Source: Clostridiales bacterium
GTDB taxonomy: Bacteria; Bacillota; Clostridia; Christensenellales; CAG-138
Length of the DNA: 64,000 nucleotides
Reading direction: 5' to 3'
Assembly: GCA_004554165.1 (NCBI GenBank)
Contig: SFNQ01000015.1
Location: 3,375-67,374 of the forward strand
Below, one piece after another: positions 27,937 to 37,719 of the stretch (positions within the stretch are counted from its first letter, which is position 1; the number at the start of each line of letters is the position of its first letter). Position numbers and translations under genes: made by a program. The notes beneath the pieces are model-generated. The model was not told the origin of the DNA and made no database searches. It saw only the letters and a list, made by a program, of their open reading frames with translations.

Positions 27937-28770
27937 TTATTCGTCGTAATTGACGACGGCGGGCGGAGTCTCCAGCACTTCGGGATTTGCCAGATACTGC
28001 TTGATACGCTGGCAGACCCTCGCAAAGTAACTGCCGGAGCAGATGCGCTCGTCCGTCACAATGCCCATGGGCAGGCAGCGCTCAAAGACCACTCCGCCCT
28101 GCCGGCGGAGAGGAACCTCCCGCAGGTTTCCGAGAGAGACAAAGACGCTGGTCGTGCCGAACTCATACAAATGGTGGTAGATATGGTTGGTGCGGATGCT
28201 CGCAAGGTTTGTGATGCCGAGGCTGATATGGAAGGGACTGGCCTCGATGACCTTGCGCGGCAGCAGGCCGTATTTATCCAACAGCTTGAACAGCCCCACG
28301 CCGAGGTTGCACAGGCCGGGGATTGCCAGCAGCTTTTTCATGATATCGTCGGTGGCGTTGTGGTCGCCTGACTGACGGTTGGTTTCGATATACTCGTTCA
28401 TGATGTTATGGACGTCAAAAATGGTGTTTTTCACGTCAAAGTACATTTTGGACATGGTGCCTTCGCCCTCGCCGGGCTTGAGCACGACCATGCCGACGGC
28501 AAACTCGTTGCGCGCATAGATGCGCTTGTTGACCACAAAGCGGTTGAGCAGCGGAAACTCCGCCGCTGCGCGCAGGTAGGCGGCCAGCACCACGCCAAGG
28601 TGCGACATATTGTAGCCCTCTTTACGCTTGCGGTTCAGATATTCCTGCATTGGGCTGACAGGGATGTCCAGCTCAATCATGTTCATGGCGTCATAACGCT
28701 TTTTTAGGATATAGGGAATTATGGCATACATCGGATCGGCGTTCCTGACACGTCTTCCGTCTTTCCTCAT
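27937..28770 (-). CDS. 2-oxoacid dehydrogenase E2 catalytic-domain-like acyltransferase with no lipoyl domain
   Basis: E2/CAT-like pattern (LAAYLRAAAEFPLLNRF, ISLGITNL). The motif position reads TDERICSG instead of DHRxxDG. ATG 28770; alternative TTG at 28794. Confidence 0.7.
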   Translation of the reverse strand: MRKDGRRVRNADPMYAIIPYILKKRYDAMNMIELDIPVSPMQEYLNRKRKEGYNMSHLGVVLAAYLRAAAEFPLLNRFVVNKRIYARNEFAVGMVVLKPGEGEGTMSKMYFDVKNTIFDVHNIMNEYIETNRQSGDHNATDDIMKKLLAIPGLCNLGVGLFKLLDKYGLLPRKVIEASPFHISLGITNLASIRTNHIYHHLYEFGTTSVFVSLGNLREVPLRRQGGVVFERCLPMGIVTDERICSGSYFARVCQRIKQYLANPEVLETPPAVVNYDE

Positions 28771-28904
28771 CGGTAAACGATCCTTTCGATTCAAAAGTCA
28801 TTTCATTGTATACGAAATTCGGTAAAAAAGCAAACGCTTTACGCCCGAACAGTGCGCATGCTAGAATGGGCTCAGAAAACGGGTGAATCTCGAGGTGCGG
28901 ATAA

Positions 28905-30185
28905 ATGAAAACGAGCGAACAGTGGCGCCGGGAGTTCGAGCTCGGCAAATATGACGAAACTCTGGCCTTCCTGTATGGCAGCACGGCGGTTTTGCAGCAG
29001 CGGCGGCGGTATCTGGCGCTGCTCGCCCGCTTTGAACGGGAATTTGGACCGCGCGGCGTAGCCCTGATTTCCGCGCCCGGCCGCAGCGAAATTGGCGGGA
29101 ATCACACGGATCACCAGCGTGGACGGGTGATTGCGGCGGCCGCCTCGCTGGACATGGTCGCTGCCGTTGCAAAGAATGATACGGGGACGGTGCGCATCCG
29201 TTCCGCGGGGCACAGGATGATTACGCTCCGGACGGAAGCGCTCTCAAAGCGCGCCGCGGAGCAGGGCAGATCCATCGCGCTGGTGCGGGGCGTACTGGCG
29301 CGTATGCGCAAATATGGCGTGCAGACCGGGGGCTTCGACGCTGTGATTCACTCCGAGGTGCCGCGCGGCGCGGGCCTTTCCAGTTCCGCTGCCTTTGTTA
29401 TCCTTATCGGAAGTGCGGTCAATCAGCTGTATGCGGGCGGGCGGTTTTCGCCGGTAGAGCTGGCGAAGATTGGCAAGTATGCGGAAAATGAATATTTTGG
29501 AAAGCCCAGCGGATTGCTGGATCAGCTGGCCTGCGCCTGTGGGGGCTTTGTGGCGCTGGACTTTCAGGACGAGGAGGCTCCCGCCGTGGAACGCATCGAA
29601 TGTGATTTTTCCCGCCTCGGGCTTGCGGTGATGATACAGAACGCTGGCGGCAGTCATGCGGGCCTGACGGACGAGTATGCCGCCGTCACGGAGGAGATGC
29701 GGCAGGTGGCTGCCTGCTTTTCCAAAGAGGTGCTCTCGGAGGTTTCCGAGCAGGCGTTTTTCTCCCGTCTCAGCGCGCTGCGGAGAACCGTAAGCGATCG
29801 CGCCCTGTTGCGGGCCATCCATTTCTTTGAGGAGAACGGGCGCGTGCCGGAGCAGGCGGCGGCGCTGCGCGCCGGCGATGCGGAGCGGTTTTGCGCGCTG
29901 GTGCGGGCTTCGGGTCGCTCCTCCTTCATGCAGCTGCAAAACGTCTGCCCGATGAACCCGAAGGAGCGGAGCCTGGCGCTGGCGCTTGCCCTGTCGGAGC
30001 GCATTTTGCAAGGGCAGGGGGCCGTGCGGGTGCATGGCGGCGGTTTTGCGGGAACGGTGCAGGCATTTGTGCCGGAGACGCTGGCGCAGACCTATCGGAG
30101 GGAGATGGAGCGGGTCTTCGGCGCGCATAGCTGTTACCGTCTGAACATCCGGCCGGCAGGCGGCTTTGCCCTGCCGGAGGATTGA
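28905..30185 (+). CDS. galK: Galactokinase-family GHMP kinase
   Basis: GRSEIGGNHTDHQRG signature, GHMP motif PRGAGLSSSAAF, 426 aa. Confidence 0.85.
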   Translation: MKTSEQWRREFELGKYDETLAFLYGSTAVLQQRRRYLALLARFEREFGPRGVALISAPGRSEIGGNHTDHQRGRVIAAAASLDMVAAVAKNDTGTVRIRSAGHRMITLRTEALSKRAAEQGRSIALVRGVLARMRKYGVQTGGFDAVIHSEVPRGAGLSSSAAFVILIGSAVNQLYAGGRFSPVELAKIGKYAENEYFGKPSGLLDQLACACGGFVALDFQDEEAPAVERIECDFSRLGLAVMIQNAGGSHAGLTDEYAAVTEEMRQVAACFSKEVLSEVSEQAFFSRLSALRRTVSDRALLRAIHFFEENGRVPEQAAALRAGDAERFCALVRASGRSSFMQLQNVCPMNPKERSLALALALSERILQGQGAVRVHGGGFAGTVQAFVPETLAQTYRREMERVFGAHSCYRLNIRPAGGFALPED

Positions 30186-30774
30186 GGAAAAAACGAACGG
30201 GCCCCGCGTTCCGTGGCCGGAACGGCCCGGCGCGCTGCCGGTTTGCGCAGGGAGCGCAGGCCCCGCTCGGGCGCGCCGGGGCTGCGCGGCCTGCGGCCGC
30301 GCGCGGGGCCCGAGCCCCAGCGCGCAAAGCGAAGCGGAGAGCATCGATATCCTGCGGCGCGGCACCTCCGGCGTCCTTGCGGTACAGGGCGACGGCGGCT
30401 ATCCCTATGCCGTACCGTTGAGCTATATGTATGCAGAGCGCAGGCTCTACTTTCACTGCGCGACCTCCGGACACAAGCTGGACGCTCTGGCGCGGGATGC
30501 GCGAGCCTCCTTCTGCGTGATCGACCGCGATGAGGTGTTGCCGGAGCGCTTCACCACGGCTTATCGAAGCGTGATCGTCTTTGGCAGAGCCCGCATCCTG
30601 AATGATGCAGGGGAGAAGCGCCGGGCAATCGAGCTGCTGGCGGAAAAGTATGCCCCGGAGTATATGACAGAAGGGCGGCGCGAGATAGAGCGCGCCTTTT
30701 CCCGTTTTCATATTTTCGGGCTGACCATTGAGCATATGAGCGGCAAGCAGGCCCGGGAATTTCTGAACGCCTGA
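30166..30774 (+). CDS. Pyridoxamine 5'-phosphate oxidase-family protein, start uncertain
   Basis: Domain begins near AESIDILRRGTSGVLAVQGDGGYPYAVPLSYMY...RSVIVFG. The only in-frame start upstream is TTG 30166, so the first ~50 codons read through repeat copy 1. Confidence 0.65.
   Translation: MPCRRIEEKTNGPRVPWPERPGALPVCAGSAGPARARRGCAACGRARGPSPSAQSEAESIDILRRGTSGVLAVQGDGGYPYAVPLSYMYAERRLYFHCATSGHKLDALARDARASFCVIDRDEVLPERFTTAYRSVIVFGRARILNDAGEKRRAIELLAEKYAPEYMTEGRREIERAFSRFHIFGLTIEHMSGKQAREFLNA
30199..30311 (+). repeat. GC-rich MITE-like element, copy 1 (113 bp)
   Basis: Terminal inverted repeats GGGCCCCGCG (30199-30208) and CGCGGGGCCC (30302-30311). Internal hairpin GTTCCGTGGCCGGAAC. Confidence 0.8.
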
Positions 30775-30784
30775 GTCCGGCTGC

Positions 30785-30895
30785 GGCCCCGCGTTCCGTG
30801 GCCGGAACGGGCGCGGCGGGCCGCGGGTTTGCCCAGGGAAAGAAGTCCCCGCCAGGCCCGCCGCGCCTGCGCGGCCTGCGGCCGCGCGCGGGGCC
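30785..30895 (+). repeat. GC-rich MITE-like element, copy 2 (111 bp)
   Basis: GGCCCCGCG (30785-30793) ... CGCGGGGCC (30887-30895). Same internal GTTCCGTGGCCGGAAC and GCGCGGCCTGCGGCCGCGCGCGGGGCC. Confidence 0.8.
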
Positions 30896-30948
30896 GCCCC
30901 AACATTGTGACATTTCCGAAAACTCGTCGTCTAAGTTAATAATTCTTA

Positions 30949-30976
30949 TTGCAAGTTATGAAAAACGTGGTAGAAT
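30949..30976 (+). promoter_or_regulatory. Extended -10 promoter upstream of the RHH gene and clpB
   Basis: TTGCAA(30949-30954)-N16-TAGAAT(30971-30976), with TG at 30968-30969. Confidence 0.5.
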
Positions 30977-31006
30977 ATTCCCAGATAGAACAAGGAGTGA
31001 TGTTCC

Positions 31007-31654
31007 ATGAACAAGAGCGTCTATTCCCTCGTCCTGATGGACGATGTGGTGCAGGAGATCGACCGTCTGGCCTATGAAAACGGTTCAAGCCGGTCCGCCA
31101 TGATCAACGAGATCCTTGCCGACTATGTTTCCTACATTACGCCGGAGAAGCGCATGCGGGAAATTTTCTCGCAGGTGGAGCGGCTTTTGACGGCGGGGAG
31201 CAATTTTCAGGTGCTGCTGCAACCCTCGGACTCGATGTTTTCGCTGCGCAGCGCGCTGGCGTACAAGTATAACCCCACCGTGCGCTACAGTGTGGAGCTC
31301 AGCCGCCGGATTGCGCCGGCCATCGGCGAGCTGCGGGTCTCGGTGCGCAGCCAGAACAGTACGCTCCGGCTCTACATGCTCCAGTTTTTCAAACTCTGGA
31401 GCAAGATCGAGCAGAGCATGGTGGGCCGTGTGGACTGCGCCATGGCGGACGATAAATATGTCCGCCGCCTGATGCCGGGGGACGACCGTGAGCTGGATAA
31501 CGAGGCGCTGGGTAGCGCGATTGCCGCATACATCCGCCTGTTTGATACGGCGCTTCAACTGTTTTTTCACCTGCTGGATCAGCCGGAAACGGCCATTGTG
31601 CGCATGGAATCGCTGTATGGCGATTATCTGCGCAGCGCCCCGGCAATCCTTTGA
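31007..31654 (+). CDS. Hypothetical protein with an N-terminal ribbon-helix-helix-like motif
   Basis: AAGGAG RBS. VYSLVLMDDVVQEIDRLAYENGSSRSAMINEILADYV resembles a CopG/MetJ RHH. Lies 19 nt upstream of clpB. Confidence 0.6.
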   Translation: MNKSVYSLVLMDDVVQEIDRLAYENGSSRSAMINEILADYVSYITPEKRMREIFSQVERLLTAGSNFQVLLQPSDSMFSLRSALAYKYNPTVRYSVELSRRIAPAIGELRVSVRSQNSTLRLYMLQFFKLWSKIEQSMVGRVDCAMADDKYVRRLMPGDDRELDNEALGSAIAAYIRLFDTALQLFFHLLDQPETAIVRMESLYGDYLRSAPAIL

Positions 31655-31673
31655 CCGATAAGGAGGAAGAGCC

Positions 31674-34262
31674 ATGAATGTACAGAAATTGACGCAAAAG
31701 AGCATCGAAGCCGTGCAGGCTGCGCAGCAGCTTGCGGTGGAGCGCGGCCACGCGCAGGTGCAGCAGGCGCATCTGCTGCATGGCCTGCTGGCGCAGCCCG
31801 ACGGGCTGATTCCCAGCATGATGCAGGGCATGGGCCTGGATGCCAAAGCGCTGCTGGCCCGCTGCGACGCCATCCTGAACAGCCTGCCCCGCGTGAGCGG
31901 CGGCAGCGGCGAGGTCTATCTTTCGCGGGAGCTGGACGGAGCCTTTACCGCGGCGGAGGTCGCAGCACAGAGGATGGAGGATGCCTATATCTCCGTGGAG
32001 CATCTGTTCCTCGGCCTCCTCGAAAAGCCGGATCACGAGCTGCAGGAGCTGTTTCGTGCCTTCCAGATCTCGAAAAAGCAGTTTCAGGATCAGCTCAAAT
32101 CCGTGCGCGGCGACCGGAAGGTGCAGTCCGACAATCCCGAAAGCACCTATGACGTGCTGAAAAAGTATGGCCAGGATCTGGTCGAGCTGGCGCGGAATCA
32201 GAAGCTGGACCCGGTCATTGGCCGGGACGATGAAATCCGCAACGTCATCCGCATCCTTTCCCGCAAGACCAAGAACAACCCCTGCCTGATCGGTGAGCCC
32301 GGCGTGGGCAAGACCGCCATTGCGGAGGGGCTGGCGCTGCGGATCGTGCGCGGCGACGTGCCGGATAATCTGAAGGATCGCAAGCTCTTCGCGCTGGACA
32401 TGGGCGCGCTGGTGGCGGGCGCCAAGTTCCGCGGCGAGTTTGAGGAGCGCCTGAAGGCCGTGCTGAACGAGATCAAGTCCTCGGACGGCAGGATCATTCT
32501 CTTCATCGACGAGCTGCATACCATCGTGGGCGCGGGCAAGACCGAGGGCGCCATGGATGCGGGCAACCTCCTAAAACCCATGCTGGCCCGCGGCGAGCTG
32601 CACTGCATCGGCGCGACGACGCTGAACGAATACCGCCAGTACATCGAAAAGGACGCCGCGCTGGAGCGCCGCTTCCAGCCGGTGCTGGTGCCGGAGCCCA
32701 CGGTGGAGGATACGATCTCCATTCTTCGCGGACTCAAGGAGCGCTATGAGGTCTACCACGGCGTCAAGATTCAGGATCAGGCGCTGATCGCTGCGGCCAC
32801 ACTCTCCAACCGCTATATCTCGGACCGCTTCCTGCCCGACAAGGCCATCGACCTCGTGGACGAGGCCTGCGCGCTCATCAAGACGGAGATGAACTCCATG
32901 CCCTCGGAGCTGGACGACATCCAGCGCAAGATCATGCAGCACGAGATCGAGGAGGCCGCGCTGCAAAAGGAGACCGACAGGCTCTCAAAGGAGCATCTGG
33001 CGGAGATTCAGAAGGAGCTGGCGGAGCTGCGGGACGAGTTTGCCCAGATGAAGGCCAGATGGGAGAACGAGAAACAGAAGATCGGGCGCGTGCAGCAGTT
33101 GCGCGAACAGATTGAGAAAGCGAATGCGGACATTGCGCTTGCTGAGAGCGCTTACGACCTGAACCGGGCCGCGGAACTCAAGTACGGCACGCTGCCAAGG
33201 CTCCAGCAGGAGCTTGAGACGGAGGAGCGCCGCGCGGAGGAGCAGAAAAGCGCCGGCAGCTTCCTGCGCGACCGGGTGACGGAGGAGGAGATTGCCCGCA
33301 TTGTCGCCCGCTGGACGGGGATTCCCGTGTCGAAACTCATGGAGGGCGAGCGGGAGAAGCTGCTGCGTCTGGACGACATCCTTCATGAGCGGGTGATCGG
33401 GCAGGATGAGGCGGTCGATCGCGTGTGCGATGCCATTCTGCGTTCCCGCGCGGGCATTCAGGACCCGAATCGCCCCATCGGCTCCTTCCTGTTCCTCGGG
33501 CCTACGGGCGTGGGCAAGACGGAGCTTGCAAAGGCGCTTGCGCAGGCGCTGTTCGACGATGAAAAGAACATGGTGCGTATCGACATGTCCGAATACATGG
33601 AAAAGTATTCCGTCTCGCGGCTCATCGGCGCGCCTCCGGGCTATGTGGGCTACGATGAGGGCGGCCAGCTCACCGAGGCTGTGCGCAGAAAGCCCTATGC
33701 GGTGGTGCTCTTCGATGAGGTGGAAAAGGCGCACCCGGATGTGCTGAACGTGCTGCTGCAGGTGCTTGACGACGGCCGCATCACGGACGGACAGGGAAGG
33801 ACGGTGGATTTTAAGAACACCATCATCATCCTGACCAGCAATCTGGGCTCAGACCTGATCCTCGAGGGCATCGGCCCGGACGGGGATATCTCCGAGAGCG
33901 CGCGCAGGGGCGTACAGCAGCTTCTCAAGACGCAGTTCCGGCCGGAGTTTTTAAACCGGCTGGACGAGGTGGTATTCTACCGCCCGCTGACCAAGGCAGA
34001 CCTGTTCCGCATCATCGACCTGCTCATTGGCGATCTCCGACGCAGACTCTCCGACAAGCAGCTGGGCTGCCAGATTACGGATGCAGCGAAGGAGCGCATC
34101 GTGGAGGCGGGCAGCGATCCGCTCTACGGCGCGCGGCCGCTCAAGCGCTACCTCCAGTCCCAGGTGGAGTCGCTGCTTGCGCGCTATATTCTGAAAAACG
34201 ACCCTGCGCCGGAGAGCCTGCTTACCGTGGACTATGACGGGAACGCGCTGTTTGTTCGCTGA
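31674..34262 (+). CDS. clpB: ATP-dependent chaperone ClpB
   Basis: Clp N domain, [10 protein letters not shown] and [10 protein letters not shown] Walker A motifs, middle coiled coil, 862 aa. Confidence 0.97.
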   Translation: MNVQKLTQKSIEAVQAAQQLAVERGHAQVQQAHLLHGLLAQPDGLIPSMMQGMGLDAKALLARCDAILNSLPRVSGGSGEVYLSRELDGAFTAAEVAAQRMEDAYISVEHLFLGLLEKPDHELQELFRAFQISKKQFQDQLKSVRGDRKVQSDNPESTYDVLKKYGQDLVELARNQKLDPVIGRDDEIRNVIRILSRKTKNNPCLIGEPGVGKTAIAEGLALRIVRGDVPDNLKDRKLFALDMGALVAGAKFRGEFEERLKAVLNEIKSSDGRIILFIDELHTIVGAGKTEGAMDAGNLLKPMLARGELHCIGATTLNEYRQYIEKDAALERRFQPVLVPEPTVEDTISILRGLKERYEVYHGVKIQDQALIAAATLSNRYISDRFLPDKAIDLVDEACALIKTEMNSMPSELDDIQRKIMQHEIEEAALQKETDRLSKEHLAEIQKELAELRDEFAQMKARWENEKQKIGRVQQLREQIEKANADIALAESAYDLNRAAELKYGTLPRLQQELETEERRAEEQKSAGSFLRDRVTEEEIARIVARWTGIPVSKLMEGEREKLLRLDDILHERVIGQDEAVDRVCDAILRSRAGIQDPNRPIGSFLFLGPTGVGKTELAKALAQALFDDEKNMVRIDMSEYMEKYSVSRLIGAPPGYVGYDEGGQLTEAVRRKPYAVVLFDEVEKAHPDVLNVLLQVLDDGRITDGQGRTVDFKNTIIILTSNLGSDLILEGIGPDGDISESARRGVQQLLKTQFRPEFLNRLDEVVFYRPLTKADLFRIIDLLIGDLRRRLSDKQLGCQITDAAKERIVEAGSDPLYGARPLKRYLQSQVESLLARYILKNDPAPESLLTVDYDGNALFVR

Positions 34263-34320
34263 GAACGGAGAGAAGGGGAGAGCGTCGGGGTTCGTCCCGG
34301 CGCTCTCGCAGAGTGCTGGG

Positions 34321-34345
34321 AAAGCGTCCTCCGGGGCGCTTTTTC
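34321..34345 (+). terminator. Rho-independent terminator after clpB
   Basis: AAAGCGTCC-TCCG-GGGCGCTTT followed by a T run. Confidence 0.5.
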
Positions 34346-34539
34346 CGACTGTCAATCCACTGAGTTTTGAGAGGGAACCGCGTTCCGTCGAAAGCCGCCA
34401 AGGGGTTCCGGGAGGCGAAAGGCACAGGGAGAACCGTCCCGAATGGGGCGAGCCCTTCCCGGGCACAGGCCGCCGAAGCCGGAAAAAGCGCCGCCCAGAG
34501 GGTTCCGGGCGGCGCGGCGATTCCTGAGGGGGCGGCGCT

Positions 34540-34833
34540 TCAGGGCGCGGGCGTAATCATTTCGATGATGGTCGGCGCTTCCGTGGGCTGCTGCCCGCCC
34601 CGCAGCATATCCGCGCCCTGGTCCAGAAGATCCGCCGCATCGTCCGCAATGCCGGAGTTTTGCAGGAAGGAGAGGAGCACCGTTTTTGTCTGCGTAAAGA
34701 GCGTATGAACCGTGCGCGTCACCACCGCGAGATCGCCGCTCAGCAGGTCCTTGGAATCCAGATAGAACAGCACCGCGGTCAGAAGAACCACGATGACCAC
34801 CAAAAACCCGATCAGCTGAAAAATCAGTTTCAT
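34540..34833 (-). CDS. Small membrane-anchored hypothetical protein
   Basis: N-terminal TM IFQLIGFLVVIVVLLTAVLFY, 97 aa, own AT-rich upstream region. Confidence 0.5.
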   Translation of the reverse strand: MKLIFQLIGFLVVIVVLLTAVLFYLDSKDLLSGDLAVVTRTVHTLFTQTKTVLLSFLQNSGIADDAADLLDQGADMLRGGQQPTEAPTIIEMITPAP

Positions 34834-34963
34834 TGCCCCGCCTCCGCTGGATGCTCTGGGATAACCATACGCAAACTTTCTGTATTTTACGCATGCATTT
34901 TATCATATTGGCGGTAATGCAAGCTGTTAATATAGTGTAAATTAGCTTTTGCGCGGGCGCTGC

Positions 34964-36154
34964 TTATCCCTCCGCTGCTTCCACAAGCTGCATGTCCGCG
35001 ATGGCGCGCTCGATCATGGGCGCAAAGTCCACCAGCGCTTCGCTCTCGCGCAGCTTTTCCACCTTGGGCTTTGTCACCGGATGCTGCGGCACGAACACCG
35101 TGCAGCAGTCCTCATAGGGCTGAATGGAGGTGTCGAAGGTGCCGATGGCCTTGGCGCGGTCGATGATTTCCTCCTTGTCAAAGCCGATCAGCGGCCGGAA
35201 CACGGGCATGCTTACGGCGTCGTTGGTTACGGTGAGCGATTCGATGGTCTGGCTTGCCACCTGACCGATGGCTTCGCCGGTGATGAGCGCCTGCGCGCCG
35301 GAGGAGCGGGCCACGCGCTCTGCGATCTGCATCATCAGGCGGCGCATGAGCACCGTGGTTTCCGACGGGGGGCAGTGGTCGTAAATGGCCAGCTGAATCT
35401 CCGTAAAGGGCACGAGGTAGAGCCGGATCGGCCCGGCATAGCGCGCCACGATTTTTGCAAGCTCGATCACCTTGTCCCGCGCGCGCTCGCTGGTATAGGG
35501 ATAGCTGTAGAAGTGGATGGCGTCGATGGCCACGCCGCGCTTTGCGATCATGTGGCCCGCCACAGGGCTGTCGATGCCGCCGGAGATGAGCAGCATGGCC
35601 CGGCCGTTGGTGCCCACGGGCATGCCTCCCGCACCGGGGATCTCCCGCACATAGACGAAAGCCCGCTCCTGCCGGATCTCCACGCCCACGCGGATTTCCG
35701 GCGCGCGCACATCCACGCGCAGGGCCGGAAAGCGCTGCAGCAGCGTATGCCCAAGCTCCCGGCAGATGTCCTCCGAGCGCAGGGGGAAGCGCTTGTCCGC
35801 CCGGCGCGAAAAGACCTTGAAGCTGTGGGATTCGCCCTCCAGTTCATCCAGGGTTTCCCGCATCAGGACGGAGGCTGCCTCCTCGATGGCCTCAAAACGC
35901 TTTTCCACCGCGCAGGTGGGGCTTACCGAGTGGATGCCGAACACGCGGCTCAGGCGGGCTGCCGCCTCCATGAGCCTGTCCGCCGCGATGCCGTAAACAA
36001 AAATGCGCCCCTGCTCGCGGACAACCTCCACCGGGGCCGGCGCCAGCGCGCGGCGAATGGCGTTCATCAGCGCCCGCTCGAAGAAGGGGCGGTTGAGCCC
36101 CTTCAGGTGAATTTCCGCATAGCGTACCAGCAATACCGTTTCCATCGAATCCAT
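34964..36154 (-). CDS. thiI: tRNA 4-thiouridine(8) synthase ThiI
   Basis: THUMP region plus PP-loop LISGGIDSPVAG. AGAGGAGG before ATG 36154. Confidence 0.92.
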   Translation of the reverse strand: MDSMETVLLVRYAEIHLKGLNRPFFERALMNAIRRALAPAPVEVVREQGRIFVYGIAADRLMEAAARLSRVFGIHSVSPTCAVEKRFEAIEEAASVLMRETLDELEGESHSFKVFSRRADKRFPLRSEDICRELGHTLLQRFPALRVDVRAPEIRVGVEIRQERAFVYVREIPGAGGMPVGTNGRAMLLISGGIDSPVAGHMIAKRGVAIDAIHFYSYPYTSERARDKVIELAKIVARYAGPIRLYLVPFTEIQLAIYDHCPPSETTVLMRRLMMQIAERVARSSGAQALITGEAIGQVASQTIESLTVTNDAVSMPVFRPLIGFDKEEIIDRAKAIGTFDTSIQPYEDCCTVFVPQHPVTKPKVEKLRESEALVDFAPMIERAIADMQLVEAAEG

Positions 36155-36155
36155 A

Positions 36156-37301
36156 TTACCTCCTCTGATAGCGGCGCAAAAAGGCCACCTGTTCGGCCAC
36201 CGCCTGCGCAGCGATATCCATTTCTTCCAGCGTGTTGAACGGGCAGAGCGAAAAGCGCAGCGCGCCCTCCTGCCGCGGGCCCATGACGCCCATGGCGGCG
36301 AGTACGCGGTTTTTGCCGCGCTTGTGCGCGGAGCAGGCCGAGCCCGTGGAGACATAAATCTCTTTCTGCGCGAGGGCGTGCAGCAGCACCTCGCCCCGCA
36401 CGCCCGGGAAGGAGACGTTTAGTATGTGCGGCGCGCCCATGGCGGGGGCGGGACCGTTGATCCCGCTGTCCGGTATGCTGAGGAGATTTTTCGCCAGCCG
36501 CTCCTTGCAGTCGTACATATGTCTGCGCCACTGCTCCTGGTTCAGCGTGTAGGCCGTGAGCGAAGCATCGAGGCCCAGGATGCCCGGCGTATTCGTGGTG
36601 CCGGAGCGAAGATTGCGCTCCTGCCCGCCGCCGATGAGTCCGCCCTGGAAGCGGACGGCTCGTTTGACGTAGAGCGCGCCCACGCCCTTGGGCGCATGCA
36701 GCTTGTGCCCGCTGATGGAGTACAGGTCGCAGGGGACGGGGCCAAAGGGCAGCTTGCCAAAGCCCTGCACGCCGTCCACATGGAAATAGGCGTGGGGCGC
36801 CCGCTTTTTGATGAGCGCCTGCGCGCCGGACAGATCGTTGATGGCGCCGGTCTCGTTGTTGACCTGCATCAGGGAAACCAGCGCGGTATCCTCCGTCAGC
36901 GCGGCGGAGAGCTCGTCGAGGCGGATACGGCCCTCCCCGTCCACGCCAAGGTATACAACCTCCGTGTCGGGAGCGTTTTCCAGCGTGCGGAACACCTCAT
37001 AGACAGAAGGATGCTCCACGCCGGAGGTAATGATGCGCTTTCTGCCGCGCATGGCGCGCAGCGTGCCGAAGATGGCCGTATTGTTGGACTCGGTGCCGCC
37101 CGAGGTATAGAGAAGTTCGCTGCTGTCTGCGTGAAGGCAGGCGGCAAGGCGCGCGCGGGCGGCCTCCACCTGCTTTTCCACGGCGGCTGCGGGCGCATAG
37201 GCGCTGGCGGGGTTAAAAAAAGCCTCGCGCATGCAGTGCGCGGCGGCTTCCGCCGCGCTGTCCAGCACGCGCGTTGTGGCGCTGTTGTCTAAATAGATCA
37301 T
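36156..37301 (-). CDS. Cysteine desulfurase (NifS/IscS family)
   Basis: MIYLDNSATT, PLP-lysine motif SISGHKLHAPKG, active-site GSACSA. Confidence 0.93.
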   Translation of the reverse strand: MIYLDNSATTRVLDSAAEAAAHCMREAFFNPASAYAPAAAVEKQVEAARARLAACLHADSSELLYTSGGTESNNTAIFGTLRAMRGRKRIITSGVEHPSVYEVFRTLENAPDTEVVYLGVDGEGRIRLDELSAALTEDTALVSLMQVNNETGAINDLSGAQALIKKRAPHAYFHVDGVQGFGKLPFGPVPCDLYSISGHKLHAPKGVGALYVKRAVRFQGGLIGGGQERNLRSGTTNTPGILGLDASLTAYTLNQEQWRRHMYDCKERLAKNLLSIPDSGINGPAPAMGAPHILNVSFPGVRGEVLLHALAQKEIYVSTGSACSAHKRGKNRVLAAMGVMGPRQEGALRFSLCPFNTLEEMDIAAQAVAEQVAFLRRYQRR

Positions 37302-37719
37302 GGTTTTGAATCACTCCCATCAAAATCCGGTATTACATACTATGATACCGGAGCCGGAAGTGCGCCGGATTGTCCGATGAAAACCGGCGCGCTTTCCCTA
37401 TCATCATACCACACAAACCGTCCCCGGAAAAGTCCGCTTTCCCATCCTGGCGGAAGATCGCGTCCGGGAGGGGCGCGGGACCGGGCCGGCCTGCTGCGGA
37501 GCGTATTCTGCGGGAGGTCGGATTCCGGGGATTTTTCGTACTTTCGTTTGATTTTGTTCACGATTTGTTTGTTTCTCATTCCCGTATGGGGGATGTATAA
37601 TGATGTTGATATCATCATGCATCCTGTATGGCGTGGTGAAGGCGGCGTTTTTCGCCTGCGGAGGCGGGCGGTTTTTCGGATCTGGAAACGAACCGCAGCT
37701 TTAGATTGGAGGAAACAGC

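Noticed and set aside
27114-27953. Repeated small ORFs encoding MRLQRGQPPLQGKPCFASAFADPAYMPPDPNKASGG...
   Set aside because: They are simply translations of the 166-bp DNA repeat. They exist in several frames and on both strands, with no RBS.
34285-34300. tRNA-like T-arm (GGGGTTCGTCCCGG) and a similar spot near 58070
   Set aside because: The loops are only 5 nt, and there is no acceptor, D or anticodon arm around them.
34263-34540. Fourth copy of the GC-rich MITE-like element after clpB
   Set aside because: Only a short similar hairpin is present (GGAACCGCGTTCC). The terminal inverted repeats and the 3' block are missing.
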